Shown: positions 34,653 to 45,231 of the stretch, in pieces
How positions within the stretch are numbered: the first letter of the stretch is position 1
Layout: each line of letters begins with the position of its first letter
Assembly: GCA_964195995.1 (NCBI GenBank)
Contig: CAXMQS010000036.1
Span: 31,116-95,115, forward strand
Direction: 5' to 3'
Length of the DNA: 64,000 bases
Origin: an uncultured Acidimicrobiia bacterium
GTDB taxonomy: Bacteria; Actinomycetota; Acidimicrobiia; Spongiisociales; JAOTWH01
The notes under the pieces: model-generated
The model's database searches: none
Seen by the model: the letters and a program-made list of their open reading frames with translations, nothing else
Told to the model about the DNA's origin: nothing
Program-made: the position numbers and the translations under genes

Positions 34653-37600
34653 ATGTATGCCGAGTTGCACTGTCACACCAACTACTCCTTTCAGGACGGG
34701 GCCTCGTGGGCAGAGGAGCTGGTGCAGCGGGCGGTCGATCTGGAGTACACGGCCCTGGCCGTCACCGACCACGATGGCTTTCGGGGGGCGGTCCGCTTCC
34801 ATCAGGCGGCCACTGTCACCGGGTTGCCGGCGGTGTATGGCACCGAAATCAGCATGGCGGCGAACGCCAACGAAGACCAAGACAAAGACCCGATACCAGG
34901 GCCGGGGGAGGCGGAGATAGCCGAGCCGGAGAAGCGGCGCGGGCGGACGCATCCGATGCACGGGTCGAAGCCGACGGCGATGGCGGAGGCCGATCATCTC
35001 GTCCTGTTGGCCTCCTCTCCCCAGGGTTATGGAGCCATCAGCCACTTGGTGTCCAAGGCCCAGTTCCGGGGACGCAAGGATCGTCCCGTCTACGACTGGG
35101 GCGATGTCGCGGAGGCCGCGGCCATCGGTGAATTGGTGGCGTTGTCTGGGTGCCACCAAGGGGCCATGGCGCGGGCGGCACAGGCCGGAGACCTCGACGG
35201 CGCGCTGCGAGAGGGCTCTCGCCTCAGGGAGATCTTCGGGGGTCGCTTCTACGTCGAGTTGTGGCATCACGGGATGCCCGAGGACGACCCGCGCAACGAT
35301 CTCATGGCCGAGGCCGCCCGTCGTCTCAATGCTCCAACCATCGCCACCAACAACGCCCACTACCACGACCGGTCGCAGGCGGACCTCTCCGAGGTTCTGG
35401 CCGCCATCGGCGGCAGGCGCGACCTCGACGCCAACGATGGATACCGGCCTGCCTCAGATGAGCGTTACCTCAAGTCTCCCCAAGAGATGGAGCAACGCTT
35501 CGCTCGCTATCCGGGGGCGGTGCGAAGGGCAGGGCGACTTGGGGCCGATCTTGCCTTTGACCTGGCGCTGGTAGCACCGCGGCTTCCCGACTACGGACTC
35601 CCCGGGTCGTTCACCACCGAGTCCGAATACCTGCGACACCTCGTGTTCGAGGGAGCTCAGGAGGTCTACCCAGACGGCGCCGGTGGCGTGGAGTGGCGGG
35701 CCGAGCAACGGCTCAACCACGAGCTGAAGGTCATAGAAGAGCTCGAGTTCGGTGGCTACTTCCTCGTGGTGTGGGACATCGTGCAGTTCGCACGGTCCCG
35801 CGACATCTATTGCCAGATCCGGGGCTCCGGTGCCGACTCTGCGGTGTGTCGCTGTCTCGGACTGACGAGGGTCGATCCGATACGCCTCAACCTGCCGTTC
35901 GAGCGCTTCCTCTCAGAGGAGCGGGCCCGCCCTCCGGACATCGACGTCGACTTCGAGGCGGAGCGCCGCGAGGAGGTCATCCAGTACTGCTACCAGCGCT
36001 ATGGACGGGAGCGGGCGGCCATGGTTGCCAACGTCATCACCTATCGAGCGCGGTCCGTGCTCCAGGACGTCGGCAAGGCGTTCGGGCTCACCCAGGCTCA
36101 GGTGAGCGGCCTCACCCGCTACGTAGACACCCGCAAGCCGCAGCGCTTGGCCGAGGAGCTCGAGTTGCCGCCGGGGCTGACGACCGACCTCATCTATGAC
36201 ATGTGTGCCCGACTCGACGGCTTCCCGAGGCACCTCGGCATCCACTCCGGGGGGATGGTGATGGCGGATCGCCCGTTATGGGAGGTGGTCCCGTTGGAGT
36301 GGGGGCGCATGGAGGATCGGTCGGTGCTGCAGTGGGACAAGGACGACTGTGCTGCCATGGGTGTCGTCAAGTTCGACCTCCTCGCCCTTGGCATGCTCAA
36401 CGCCCTCCACCTTGCGGTCGACATGATCGGCGACGCCCACGGTGTCGCTGTCGATCTGGCGACCATCGACCAGGAGCCGGTGATCTACGACATGCTCACC
36501 AAGGCAGACACGGTTGGCCTCTTCCAGGTGGAGTCGCGGGCTCAGATGGCGACCTTGCCTCGCATGAAGCCGAAGGACTTCTACGACTTGGCCATCGAGG
36601 TTGCCCTCATTCGCCCAGGCCCGATCCAGGGGCACTCAGTCCATCCGTTCCTGCGAAGGCGCAATGGCGAGGAGAAGGTGAGCTACCCCCACCCCCTGGC
36701 CGAGCCCATTCTCCGCAAGACGCTGGGAGTCCCCGTGTTCCAGGAGCAGCTCATGGAACTGGCAAGGGTGTGCGCGGGATTCTCGCCGGGTCAGTCAGAT
36801 CGGTTGCGCTCGGCGATGACCCACAAGCGGTCGGACGAAGCCATGGCCAAGCTCGCAGACGAGGTGTACGACGGCATGGCCCGTAATGGGATCACCGGGT
36901 CCGCCGCAGACGAGATATGGGAGAAGCTGCAGGGGTTCGCCTCGTTCGGCTTCCCCGAGAGTCACTCGGTTTCGTTCGCCTACATCGTCTACGCCTCGGC
37001 CTGGCTCAAGTACCACTGGCCGACCGAGTTCCTGGCGGGGTTGCTCAACGCCCAGCCCATGGGCTTCTACAGCCCCAACACGCTGGCGCAGGACGCCATC
37101 CGCCATGGGGTGGTGGTTCTTGCCCCCGACATCAACACTGCCGAGTTCGACTGCACCATCGAGCACATCGATACCGACCCCAACGACATCGCCATCTACT
37201 ACGGACTGAGCTGGCGTCGGGGGAGAGGACCCACCGATGATCCCGTTCGTCCGGCAACCGCGGTGCGACTCGGCCTTCGCTACGTCCGCAACCTGGGGGA
37301 GGCCGAGATCGCCCGCATCGAGGCCGCCCGTCAGGTTGGCGGTCCCTTTTCGTCTGCCGAGGACCTGGCGCAGCGCACCGGCCTCGACGCCGGCGGTCTC
37401 GAGGGTCTGGCGGCAGCGGGTGCCCTCGGCTCGGTTGGCATGGGAAGGCGTGATGGGATCTGGGCAGCAGGGGCCCTTGCCGACCTCGGTCCGGGGCGGC
37501 TGGCCATCTCCGAGGGTGCCGTTGCCCCATCGCTTGGCGAAATGGAGCCGTATCAGGCTCACCAGGCCGACCTGTGGTCGACGGGGGTGTCGTCGACGCA

Positions 37601-37952
37601 CCCGGTCCACTTCGCCCGCCCCGTTCTCGCCGACCGGGGCTGCTTCACCGTTGCCGACGCCCTTGTGAAGAAGCGTCACGGCATCAGGGCCAAGGTCGGC
37701 GGCATCATCACCCACCGCCAGCGTCCCGGCACCGCCAAAGGCATTCGCTTTCTCAACCTCGAGGACGAGACCGGTCTCCTCAACGTCGTCGTGATGCCCC
37801 AGGTGTGGGACCAGAACTACGAGATCGCCCGCAAGGCAGTCGGGGTGATCATCGAAGGACGCCTCGAGTTCCGCGACGGCGTCACCAACCTGGTCGCCCA
37901 CCGTTTCTGGGAGTGGCCGGTAGATGGAGTGAAGAGCCGCGACTTCCGATAG
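34653..37952 (+). CDS. dnaE2: error-prone DNA polymerase III alpha subunit DnaE2 (ImuC)
   Basis: 1099 aa. PHP domain MYAELHCHTNYSFQDGAS, pol IIIalpha palm/fingers, and an OB domain at the C-terminus. SOS box upstream. Confidence 0.9.
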   Translation: MYAELHCHTNYSFQDGASWAEELVQRAVDLEYTALAVTDHDGFRGAVRFHQAATVTGLPAVYGTEISMAANANEDQDKDPIPGPGEAEIAEPEKRRGRTHPMHGSKPTAMAEADHLVLLASSPQGYGAISHLVSKAQFRGRKDRPVYDWGDVAEAAAIGELVALSGCHQGAMARAAQAGDLDGALREGSRLREIFGGRFYVELWHHGMPEDDPRNDLMAEAARRLNAPTIATNNAHYHDRSQADLSEVLAAIGGRRDLDANDGYRPASDERYLKSPQEMEQRFARYPGAVRRAGRLGADLAFDLALVAPRLPDYGLPGSFTTESEYLRHLVFEGAQEVYPDGAGGVEWRAEQRLNHELKVIEELEFGGYFLVVWDIVQFARSRDIYCQIRGSGADSAVCRCLGLTRVDPIRLNLPFERFLSEERARPPDIDVDFEAERREEVIQYCYQRYGRERAAMVANVITYRARSVLQDVGKAFGLTQAQVSGLTRYVDTRKPQRLAEELELPPGLTTDLIYDMCARLDGFPRHLGIHSGGMVMADRPLWEVVPLEWGRMEDRSVLQWDKDDCAAMGVVKFDLLALGMLNALHLAVDMIGDAHGVAVDLATIDQEPVIYDMLTKADTVGLFQVESRAQMATLPRMKPKDFYDLAIEVALIRPGPIQGHSVHPFLRRRNGEEKVSYPHPLAEPILRKTLGVPVFQEQLMELARVCAGFSPGQSDRLRSAMTHKRSDEAMAKLADEVYDGMARNGITGSAADEIWEKLQGFASFGFPESHSVSFAYIVYASAWLKYHWPTEFLAGLLNAQPMGFYSPNTLAQDAIRHGVVVLAPDINTAEFDCTIEHIDTDPNDIAIYYGLSWRRGRGPTDDPVRPATAVRLGLRYVRNLGEAEIARIEAARQVGGPFSSAEDLAQRTGLDAGGLEGLAAAGALGSVGMGRRDGIWAAGALADLGPGRLAISEGAVAPSLGEMEPYQAHQADLWSTGVSSTHPVHFARPVLADRGCFTVADALVKKRHGIRAKVGGIITHRQRPGTAKGIRFLNLEDETGLLNVVVMPQVWDQNYEIARKAVGVIIEGRLEFRDGVTNLVAHRFWEWPVDGVKSRDFR

Positions 37953-38214
37953 AGAATCCTCCCCCTTCAGGGGGAGGTGGCCCGAAGGGTCGGAGGGGGT
38001 CGAGGCGTGGTTCACCCGTCATCGAGATCGTGGCGAGGCTCGCTTGGGGGAGTACCGGCGAAGCCGGGGAGGAGACCCTCTCCGTTTCTCCTCCCATAGG
38101 GGGGAGAAACGGCGGAGCCGGGGAGGGGGGCTTCCTCGCGGGCGCGTGGTTTTGGTACATCGTGATAGCTGTAAACAGGAAGCCCCCTCCGACCGTCTCG
38201 GCCACCTCCCCCTA
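37948..38214. repeat. MITE-like composite element (copy D) with ~44-bp terminal inverted repeats made of the double-hairpin unit
   Basis: The left arm cctcccccttcagggggaggtggcccgaagggtcggagggggtc (37948-37992) is the inverted complement of the right arm gccccctccgaccgtctcggccacctccccctaggggggagg (38172-38214). The internal part carries gggggagtaccggcgaagccggggagg and cggcggagccggggaggggggcttcctcgcgggcg modules shared with copy C. Confidence 0.65.
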
Positions 38215-38258
38215 GGGGGGAGGAGACGTCAAGCTGCCCTAAGAGGGGAGCGCTTCCT

Positions 38259-39035
38259 TTACGGTGCACGCACGCCGAGCGCTGTTGCCAGCACCACCGA
38301 TAGGCCGAGGACAACCTGCTGGGCCCCGAGCGCCGCTACGACCGGTGGACGGCGGCGAACCTGGACGATGTGCACGACCGCCAACGCGATGAGGGCGATC
38401 ATCCCGGTGAGAGGGACGGCGTCCAACGTGTATCCGACGGTCCCGGCCATTGCCGCCACGAACTGGGCGCCGTCGGAGGTAAGGACCTTGTGAGGTTGCT
38501 CCTTCATTCGCCGAAGCTGTACGCGCACGAATGGAATCGCGGCAACGGCCCTGGCGCCGGCGACGCACCACAGGCCGGCGGCGACCAGAGCACCGCCACC
38601 TCCTGCCAGGGCGATGGCGGCGGCCACCGCGGCAACGCCGACGGAGCCGGCCAGCTCGGGCACCAGCCGCCTGCTGCGGGACCGGATGTCGTACCACGAC
38701 TCGATAGCCACCAGCGGCGCCGCGATCACAAGGGGCCACCAGAACGCCTGCTCAGCGGTGACAACGGCAAGCATCAGCAGCACTGCTGCGATTGCCAGCT
38801 CGACACCCGCCACCCGTTCCGCCAGTTGCGTGCGGCCTAGCCGTCGCTTCCGCAGGCGATCGACCAAGGCGATTCTGAGCGGCGTGCGAGCCACGAACGC
38901 CGTGAGAGCGACACCCGCCAGCGCCAGGCCAGCCGCACTGGGCTCGACCAACAGCCCCAACACGGCAGGCTCGAGAGTGAGGCTCCAACCCCCGTGCTCA
39001 GTGGGGACGGCAACCGATCGGACGGAAACCACCAT
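38259..39035 (-). CDS. YwiC-like polytopic membrane protein
   Basis: 258 aa with about 8 hydrophobic helices. The N-terminus HGGWSLTLEP… is typical of YwiC-like proteins. Confidence 0.5.
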   Translation of the reverse strand: MVVSVRSVAVPTEHGGWSLTLEPAVLGLLVEPSAAGLALAGVALTAFVARTPLRIALVDRLRKRRLGRTQLAERVAGVELAIAAVLLMLAVVTAEQAFWWPLVIAAPLVAIESWYDIRSRSRRLVPELAGSVGVAAVAAAIALAGGGGALVAAGLWCVAGARAVAAIPFVRVQLRRMKEQPHKVLTSDGAQFVAAMAGTVGYTLDAVPLTGMIALIALAVVHIVQVRRRPPVVAALGAQQVVLGLSVVLATALGVRAP

Positions 39036-39079
39036 GCCCGAAGCCTACGAAGGTACAGCTCTGAGAGGGGCGGTGCGCC

Positions 39080-39880
39080 TTAGGTCTGGGATCCCGACAG
39101 CTTGATGACCGACATCACGGCCCCTTGTGGGTCCTGGACAACGGCCATGCGGCCAAAGTCGGGGACGTCGAAGGGCTGCATCAGCACTTTGCCTCCGCTG
39201 GCGGCAACGGTCTCGAGGCAGCCTTCGCAGTCGTCGACCGCGAAGTAGGTGCCCCAGTAGTTGGGAATTGGGCCCATGTTCTCGTTCTTAGCCATCATCC
39301 CGGCGACGGGGTTGGTGACTCCGTCGACGAAGTACATCGTGTACGGACCGCTGGTCCCTTCCATCGTCTTGGCGCTGAGACCGAGGGTTTCCGAATAGAA
39401 CTTCTCCGCGGCGGCGGTGTCATCGGTGAGCAGCTCATTCCACACGAACGCTCCCGGCTCGTTGACCATCTCGGCACCGAAGAAGCCCTTCGCCTGCCAC
39501 AGCCCAACTGAGGCTCCGGTGGGATCGGTGACGAAGGCCATGCGGCCGGACCCAGGAACATCCATCACCTCCATCATGACGCCGCCGCCGGCCGCTTGAA
39601 CCTTGGCGATGGCGGCATCGACGTCGTCAACTGCGATGTAGGTGCTCCACATTGGGGGTACTCCGGCCGCAGCTAGCTCATCGGGCAGCGTCCCCATTCC
39701 GGCAACGGTCTTGCCGTTCTTCTTGTACAGCGTGTAATTACTGCCCTGGTCGTCGGTCGGCATGTCCTCGGCCTCCCAGCCAAAGACCGAGCCGTAGAAA
39801 GCCTTGGCCCCATCGATGTCGCTGGTGGCGAGGTCTACCCAATTGGGCGTGCCGTGGGCGTATTCGGTGCGTTCCGGCAT
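39080..39880 (-). CDS. VOC (glyoxalase/bleomycin-resistance fold) family protein, tandem two-domain
   Basis: Two repeats of the WxDLxT…FYxxVFGW…GMFxxxxVxDxDAA pattern. Confidence 0.8.
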   Translation of the reverse strand: MPERTEYAHGTPNWVDLATSDIDGAKAFYGSVFGWEAEDMPTDDQGSNYTLYKKNGKTVAGMGTLPDELAAAGVPPMWSTYIAVDDVDAAIAKVQAAGGGVMMEVMDVPGSGRMAFVTDPTGASVGLWQAKGFFGAEMVNEPGAFVWNELLTDDTAAAEKFYSETLGLSAKTMEGTSGPYTMYFVDGVTNPVAGMMAKNENMGPIPNYWGTYFAVDDCEGCLETVAASGGKVLMQPFDVPDFGRMAVVQDPQGAVMSVIKLSGSQT

Positions 39881-39924
39881 GGTGACTCCTTGGGTCGTGT
39901 CGTGCCGAGAATATCGGGGCTCGG

Positions 39925-40416
39925 CTACTTGTGGTTCGGAAACAACCGCGGCGGGAGCACGAAGGCGAGGGTTGCCGAGTTGGGCTCGAGTCGCTTCCAG
40001 TCGTCTGGTCCGAGGTCCAGGCCGACGGCAGTCGCCGTCGCGACGCGGACCCGAGCGCCACAGAGAACGGAAACGGTTTGCGACGTCGTGGGCTCGTGGC
40101 CAACGACGAGAAGACGCTCGCTGCGTCCTCCGGCGGAGTGGATGGTGTTGATGACCTCGCTGGCGGAGGCCCCGTAGAGCTCGTCACGAATCTCAACCGG
40201 CACCTCCCAGGCGGCAGACACCAGCTCGGCCGTCGTTCGCGCCCTGACCGCGGGTGATGACAGGATCCTGTCTGGGACCTCGCCGCCGACCGTCAGCACC
40301 CGGCCCATGGCTTTGGCGGACTCGACCCCTCGGTTATTCAGGGGGCGTTCACGGTCGGCGTCGTAAGAGGCATCCCAGTCCGACTTGGCGTGACGCATGA
40401 GGATGAGCCGCTTCAT
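39925..40416 (-). CDS. histidine phosphatase family protein (SixA-like)
   Basis: RLILMRHAKS catalytic RHG-type motif. About 160 aa. Confidence 0.75.
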   Translation of the reverse strand: MKRLILMRHAKSDWDASYDADRERPLNNRGVESAKAMGRVLTVGGEVPDRILSSPAVRARTTAELVSAAWEVPVEIRDELYGASASEVINTIHSAGGRSERLLVVGHEPTTSQTVSVLCGARVRVATATAVGLDLGPDDWKRLEPNSATLAFVLPPRLFPNHK

Positions 40417-40611
40417 GGTCCGACGCTACCGACTATCCGCCCGAGGCGACGGCGATGAGAAACTGGGAGGCGAAGTAGATGGGGAGTCCGCCCACCTCAT
40501 GTTGGCGATGCTGGGTGTTACCAACCGATTCGGCCACCGGGCAAGGACCAGCGGCGAAATTGGGTGGCTTCTTCACCAGGCGCCAACCGGTGGGTCGATG
40601 CCGCCTAGCCG

Positions 40612-41418
40612 CTAAAGGATCTGCGACAGGAACAGTTTGGTGCGATCCTCGGTGGGGTTGTGGAAGAAGTGCTCGGGGGTGCCTACCTCAACGATCTCGC
40701 CGTCGGCCATGAACACGACCCGGTCAGCCACCTCGCGGGCGAAACCCATCTCGTGGGTCACCACCAACATGGTCATGCCCGACTGGGCCAGCTCCTTCAT
40801 CACGTCGAGTACCTCTTTGATCATCTCGGGGTCGAGCGCCGATGTCGGCTCATCGAAGAGCATCACCTTGGGGCTCATGGCGAGAGATCGGGCGATAGCC
40901 ACCCGCTGCTGCTGACCGCCAGACAGCTGGCCTGGGTACTTCTCGGCCTGTTCGGGGATCTGCACTCTGGTTAGCAGCTCCATGCCCAGCTCCTCAGCTT
41001 CCTTCTTTGGCATGTTGCGTGCCTTGCGCGGCCCCAACGTGACGTTGTCGAGCACGGTGAGGTGAGGGAACAGGTTGAACTGCTGGAACACCATCCCGGT
41101 CTCCATGCGAACCTCTTGGATATTGCGGATGTCATTGGACAGCTCGATGCCGCCTACGACGATACGGCCGCGATCATGCTCTTCCAGTCGGTTGATGCAG
41201 CGGATCATTGTCGACTTGCCTGACCCTGAAGGTCCGATGATGACGATGACCTCCTGGCGGGCCACCCTCATGTCGATCCCCTTCAATGCCTGGAAGTCGC
41301 CAAAGAATTTGTCGACGCCGTCGAGCTCGATCATTAGCTCGCCGGAGCCCGCCATCTCAGTGGCGTCAGTGAAGGCCTGGTCGGCGGCGGCTCGTGTCTT
41401 ATCGCTTGTATCTGTCAT
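40612..41418 (-). CDS. polar amino-acid ABC transporter ATP-binding protein (AapP/GlnQ-like)
   Basis: [38 protein letters not shown]. Confidence 0.85.
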   Translation of the reverse strand: MTDTSDKTRAAADQAFTDATEMAGSGELMIELDGVDKFFGDFQALKGIDMRVARQEVIVIIGPSGSGKSTMIRCINRLEEHDRGRIVVGGIELSNDIRNIQEVRMETGMVFQQFNLFPHLTVLDNVTLGPRKARNMPKKEAEELGMELLTRVQIPEQAEKYPGQLSGGQQQRVAIARSLAMSPKVMLFDEPTSALDPEMIKEVLDVMKELAQSGMTMLVVTHEMGFAREVADRVVFMADGEIVEVGTPEHFFHNPTEDRTKLFLSQIL

Positions 41419-42626
41419 CGTTCTCCAACTCCGAGCTTCCGTTCCAGACGTTGGCTCTCTCGTGACATCGTGAATGAACCTACCCAGTAGATCAACGCCG
41501 CGAACACCAGAGTCTCCGTGAGGAGGCCCTGACCCCGGAAGTCGCCCTGCTGGGTGATCGCCTGAGCCACACTGAGGACCTCCAGGAGGCCAACGATCGC
41601 AACCAGCGACGTGTCTTTGAACAGGCTGATGAACTGGCCGACGAGCGCCGGGATCACGGCCCGCAGAGCCTGTGGGAGCACTATGGAGGAGATCACCTGA
41701 ATCGGGGACAAACCCACGGCCTGAGCGGCCTCCTCCTGTCCGCTAGGGACCGCCTGCAGGCCACCGCGGACGATCTCGGCCACGTACGCAGCCGTGAACA
41801 GCGTCAGCACCACGACGCCGCGGACAACAAGGCTCGGCGCCGATATCCCCGCCGGTAGGAACAACGTGAGCATCACAAAGCCCATGAAAAGGAGTGCGAT
41901 GAGTGGCACGCCTCGCACGACCTCGATGTAGCTGATCGACAGCCATCGCGCCGCAGGCAGCGTGGAGCGGCGTCCGAGCGCCAGCAACACACCGAACGGA
42001 AACGAAAGGAGGATGCCGCCGATGGCCAGGGTCAGCGTGAGTAGCAGGCCACCCCATTCGTTCCACCCCACGCCGCCGAAGCCAGAGATCACGGTCACCA
42101 CTGCAAGCGGCGAGAGCAGAGCGACGGCAACACCCCATCCTGTCCGCTTCTTGGGGAGCCGATACCCGGCGCCCCTTCCGATCAGGAAGCTGGCGCCAAT
42201 GCCCACGACGACGAGCACTGGGCCGATTGACCCGGCGAGAATCAGCAGCAGGACGACAAGCATCGCCAACGGCCACGCCCGTGTCGCGAACGTGCCAAGA
42301 GCCCGGAAGAAAGACGCAGGTTCGGTGCCTCGCAGGGAGATGCCAAGCAGCAGCCCACCAGCGAAGCCAACGATCAATAGGGCGACCGAGACTCGCCAAA
42401 GCTGTTCGTGCGGGAAACGGCCGACCATGAAGGTCGTGAGATTGACGCGGACGATGTCCCACTTGGCGGACGCGAGGACCCAGATGAGGAACGAACCCAG
42501 CGACCAGGCGAGAAAGCCACCAGCAACGATCGTGACAAGTGAGTCCCACCAGGTACGGAAGAGGTTGTTCTTGATCCACTTCTTGGCACCCGTGGTCACG
42601 ACTGGAGGCGTTGCCGTGGACGTCAT
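41415..42626 (-). CDS. amino-acid ABC transporter permease (AapM-like)
   Basis: Multi-TM protein with an EAA-type loop. Operon position with 4-nt overlaps. Confidence 0.8.
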   Translation of the reverse strand: MTSTATPPVVTTGAKKWIKNNLFRTWWDSLVTIVAGGFLAWSLGSFLIWVLASAKWDIVRVNLTTFMVGRFPHEQLWRVSVALLIVGFAGGLLLGISLRGTEPASFFRALGTFATRAWPLAMLVVLLLILAGSIGPVLVVVGIGASFLIGRGAGYRLPKKRTGWGVAVALLSPLAVVTVISGFGGVGWNEWGGLLLTLTLAIGGILLSFPFGVLLALGRRSTLPAARWLSISYIEVVRGVPLIALLFMGFVMLTLFLPAGISAPSLVVRGVVVLTLFTAAYVAEIVRGGLQAVPSGQEEAAQAVGLSPIQVISSIVLPQALRAVIPALVGQFISLFKDTSLVAIVGLLEVLSVAQAITQQGDFRGQGLLTETLVFAALIYWVGSFTMSRESQRLERKLGVGER

Positions 42627-43810
42627 CGTTCAACCAGAGCGAGCCGTCGGTTCATGAAGTTGGTCAGCGCGGCGATCATCAGCGAGAGAATGAGGTAGAT
42701 GAACATCAACAACACGTATGCCTGTGGCGCAGGGCCTCCGTTCCCAATAATGTCGTTCGTGATCTTCGTAACCTCGAAGTAGGACACCGCCACGGCCAGC
42801 GACGAGTTCTTGGTGATGCTCAGGTACTGGTTAGCGAGCGGTGGAATCGCCACCCGGAGTGCCTGAGGCATGATCACGTAGCGAATCCGCTGCAGGGGCG
42901 ACAGCGCGATTGCCGTGGCGGCCTCCTGCTGGCCCTTCGACACCGACTGGATGCTGGCACGGGTGATCTCTCCGATATGAGACGCGGTGTAAAGCACCAG
43001 CGATACCAACAGCGCGGCGTACTCGGGGCTGATGCGAATCCCACCGACCACGAGCTTGCCCTCAAAGGCCGGAACGGTGATCGAAACTGGCCCACCGAGC
43101 GCGAAATATCCGACGATGGCAATCACCCCAAAGGCGCTAGCACCCCACAACAGCGACCGGGCCGGCACACCCGTCCGATCGTGCGATTGTTGGCGCCACC
43201 GGCCGGCCAGGACACCGGCGATCATGCCGATGACGAGGATCAACACATACAGGCCAAAGTTGGACTCGCTCTCATACCACGGAAGGAACAAGCCCCGGAC
43301 GTAGACGATGGCCAGCCCGAGCGGCTCACGCGCATCCTCGATCGGGCCGAGCCGAAGGAAGACAACTAGGTATGCAAAGATGATGATCACGAGCAGCGGG
43401 ATGTTGCGGAAAAACTCGACGTACAGGCGCGCACCCGTGCTGACGAGCCAATTCTTGGACAGCCGGGCCATTCCGAGGAGGCCGCCGAGGATGGTGGCGA
43501 AGACGATGCCAAGGATGGCGACCCGAATGGTATTGCCCACACCAACGAGAATCGCCTCAAGGCGGGTTCCGGTGCGGTCAAAACCCGAGCCGGGGATGGA
43601 GAACTCTGCCGGCTGGGACAAGTAGTCGAAGCCGATGTTGATCCCCTGCCGGCGCATGTTCGTGACCATGTTGCCGATGAAGAAGGCGACCACCGCCACG
43701 ACGGCGACCACGATACCGACCTGCGCAATGGCGCGTAGCACGCGTATGTCCCGAAACCACGAAGGCTTCCCCGCGGCCTCTAGCTCCGGAACGCGCTCAT
43801 TCGTCTGCAC
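42623..43810 (-). CDS. amino-acid ABC transporter permease (AapQ-like)
   Basis: Multi-TM protein with an EAA-type loop. Operon position. Confidence 0.8.
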   Translation of the reverse strand: MQTNERVPELEAAGKPSWFRDIRVLRAIAQVGIVVAVVAVVAFFIGNMVTNMRRQGINIGFDYLSQPAEFSIPGSGFDRTGTRLEAILVGVGNTIRVAILGIVFATILGGLLGMARLSKNWLVSTGARLYVEFFRNIPLLVIIIFAYLVVFLRLGPIEDAREPLGLAIVYVRGLFLPWYESESNFGLYVLILVIGMIAGVLAGRWRQQSHDRTGVPARSLLWGASAFGVIAIVGYFALGGPVSITVPAFEGKLVVGGIRISPEYAALLVSLVLYTASHIGEITRASIQSVSKGQQEAATAIALSPLQRIRYVIMPQALRVAIPPLANQYLSITKNSSLAVAVSYFEVTKITNDIIGNGGPAPQAYVLLMFIYLILSLMIAALTNFMNRRLALVER

Positions 43811-43879
43811 TGGAAGGTCTCAACGGCCAAAAACGTAGGTGAGGTCCCCGTTCGTCGGGAACCTCACCTGCGCTGTTAC

Positions 43880-44911
43880 CTACTTGTATGGCGGTGAGTA
43901 GAGCAAGCCGCCCTTGGTCCAGATGTCGTTCACAGTGCCGGCTCGGTTGATACCGAGCGGCGCAATGTGGTCGTCCCAGATCTCCCCATAGTTCCCGACC
44001 TGCTTGATCACCTGATAGGCGAAGTCGGCCGGCAGACCCAGTCCTGGATCAAAATCTGCAGTTCCCCCGAGGAAGCGCACGATGTCCGGATTGGGCGAAG
44101 ACAGGAAGCTGTCCACGTTCCCGGAGTTGATGCCCCACTCCTCGGCCTGGATGGTGGCGAGCACGGCCCAGTCGACCGCGTCCCTCCACTTCGAGTCACC
44201 GTCCTTCACGGCAGGCGCCAGGGGCTCCTTCGAGAAGATGTCTGGCAGGATCGTCAGCGCTTCCGGCCCTTCGGAGTATGTGGACCGCAGCGCAACGAGC
44301 TGCGAGCTGTCCGATGTCCAGCCATCGCAGCGACCCGCGGCGAAGGCTGCTGCTACGAGATCGGTGTCTGCAAACGACAACGCTTCGGTGAGTGCAATGT
44401 TGTTGAACTCGAAGATCGTCTCAACATTGATCTGCGTGGTCGTCCCCTCCACCAAACATACGGTGGCACCATCCATGTCGGCGACGCTCGTGTACGCGCT
44501 ACCGGTGGCGACCATCATCCCTTGACCGTCGTAGAACGTTGGAGAGACGAAAGCGGCACCCTCAGAGCCGTCACGTGTGCCCGTCCACGTCGTGTTACGG
44601 ACTAACACATCGATCTCGCCAGCCTGCAGAGCCGTGAAGCGGGCGGATGTCTCCAGCGGAACCATCTCCACCTTGCTGGCGTCACCCAGTACGGCGGCCG
44701 CGATCACGCGGCAGAAGTCCGAGTCGAAACCCCGGTACTCACCATCATCACCCAGCACGGCAAAGCCGGGCAGAGCGTCACGGGTCCCGCACTTGATCGA
44801 GTCGTTCGACTTGACAGTATCGAGCAGCGAATTATCGTCGCTACTCGAACAAGCGGTAGTGACAAGCGCCAATGCGAGCGCCAGTACGAGTAGCAATCTC
44901 CCTCTATTCAT
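43880..44911 (-). CDS. amino-acid ABC transporter substrate-binding lipoprotein (AapJ-like)
   Basis: Signal/lipobox LALALVTTACSS. Type-II periplasmic binding fold motifs. Confidence 0.8.
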   Translation of the reverse strand: MNRGRLLLVLALALALVTTACSSSDDNSLLDTVKSNDSIKCGTRDALPGFAVLGDDGEYRGFDSDFCRVIAAAVLGDASKVEMVPLETSARFTALQAGEIDVLVRNTTWTGTRDGSEGAAFVSPTFYDGQGMMVATGSAYTSVADMDGATVCLVEGTTTQINVETIFEFNNIALTEALSFADTDLVAAAFAAGRCDGWTSDSSQLVALRSTYSEGPEALTILPDIFSKEPLAPAVKDGDSKWRDAVDWAVLATIQAEEWGINSGNVDSFLSSPNPDIVRFLGGTADFDPGLGLPADFAYQVIKQVGNYGEIWDDHIAPLGINRAGTVNDIWTKGGLLYSPPYK

Positions 44912-45155
44912 GTCTTCCTCCTAATTGTGGGCCAGGTCTCGCAATGCCTTACGCGAAGTGAAACAAGGCGGACCAAAACTCACCTCATGTGAAGTAACGA
45001 CGGTTGCCGCCGTCGGGCTGCACCAACCTAGCGGCAGGAGATCCTTTTTGCATTTGTCGAACTGACTGAATCCGTGGTTCTAGAGAGTTCATAGTCGACG
45101 CGATCGGCGACGAATTCTTGTTGGCGGCCGAATTCGACCCGGAACTGCGCTAAGT

Positions 45156-45181
45156 GCCACCGCCACCGCCACCGCCACCGC
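45156..45181. repeat. (GCCACC)4 hexanucleotide microsatellite in intergenic DNA
   Basis: gccaccgccaccgccaccgccaccgc read directly from the sequence. Confidence 0.8.
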
Positions 45182-45231
45182 AAGAACGAAACCCGACGAC
45201 ACCAACATCTTGACCAATCCGCCGTTCGCGG

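Noticed and set aside
36795-38015. 406-aa minus-strand ORF whose N-terminus (…SGHLPLKGEDSL…) reads through the repeat element and then runs antisense to dnaE2
   Set aside because: The translation of the repeat unit also appears in ORFs at 16147-16767 (…PSGPSGHLPLNGEV…), which shows that the similarity is DNA-repeat-derived rather than protein homology. The rest is antisense to the dnaE2 coding sequence.
37948-38214. Possibility that the GC-rich repeats form a CRISPR array
   Set aside because: Units are not regularly spaced, occur in both orientations, are separated by kilobases of coding sequence and lack uniform spacers. They behave like REP/MITE elements.
34500-38220. Looked for a transposase or integrase near the dnaE2-flanking repeats
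   Set aside because: No ORF with DDE, tyrosine or serine recombinase motifs was found in or near the elements. They appear non-autonomous.
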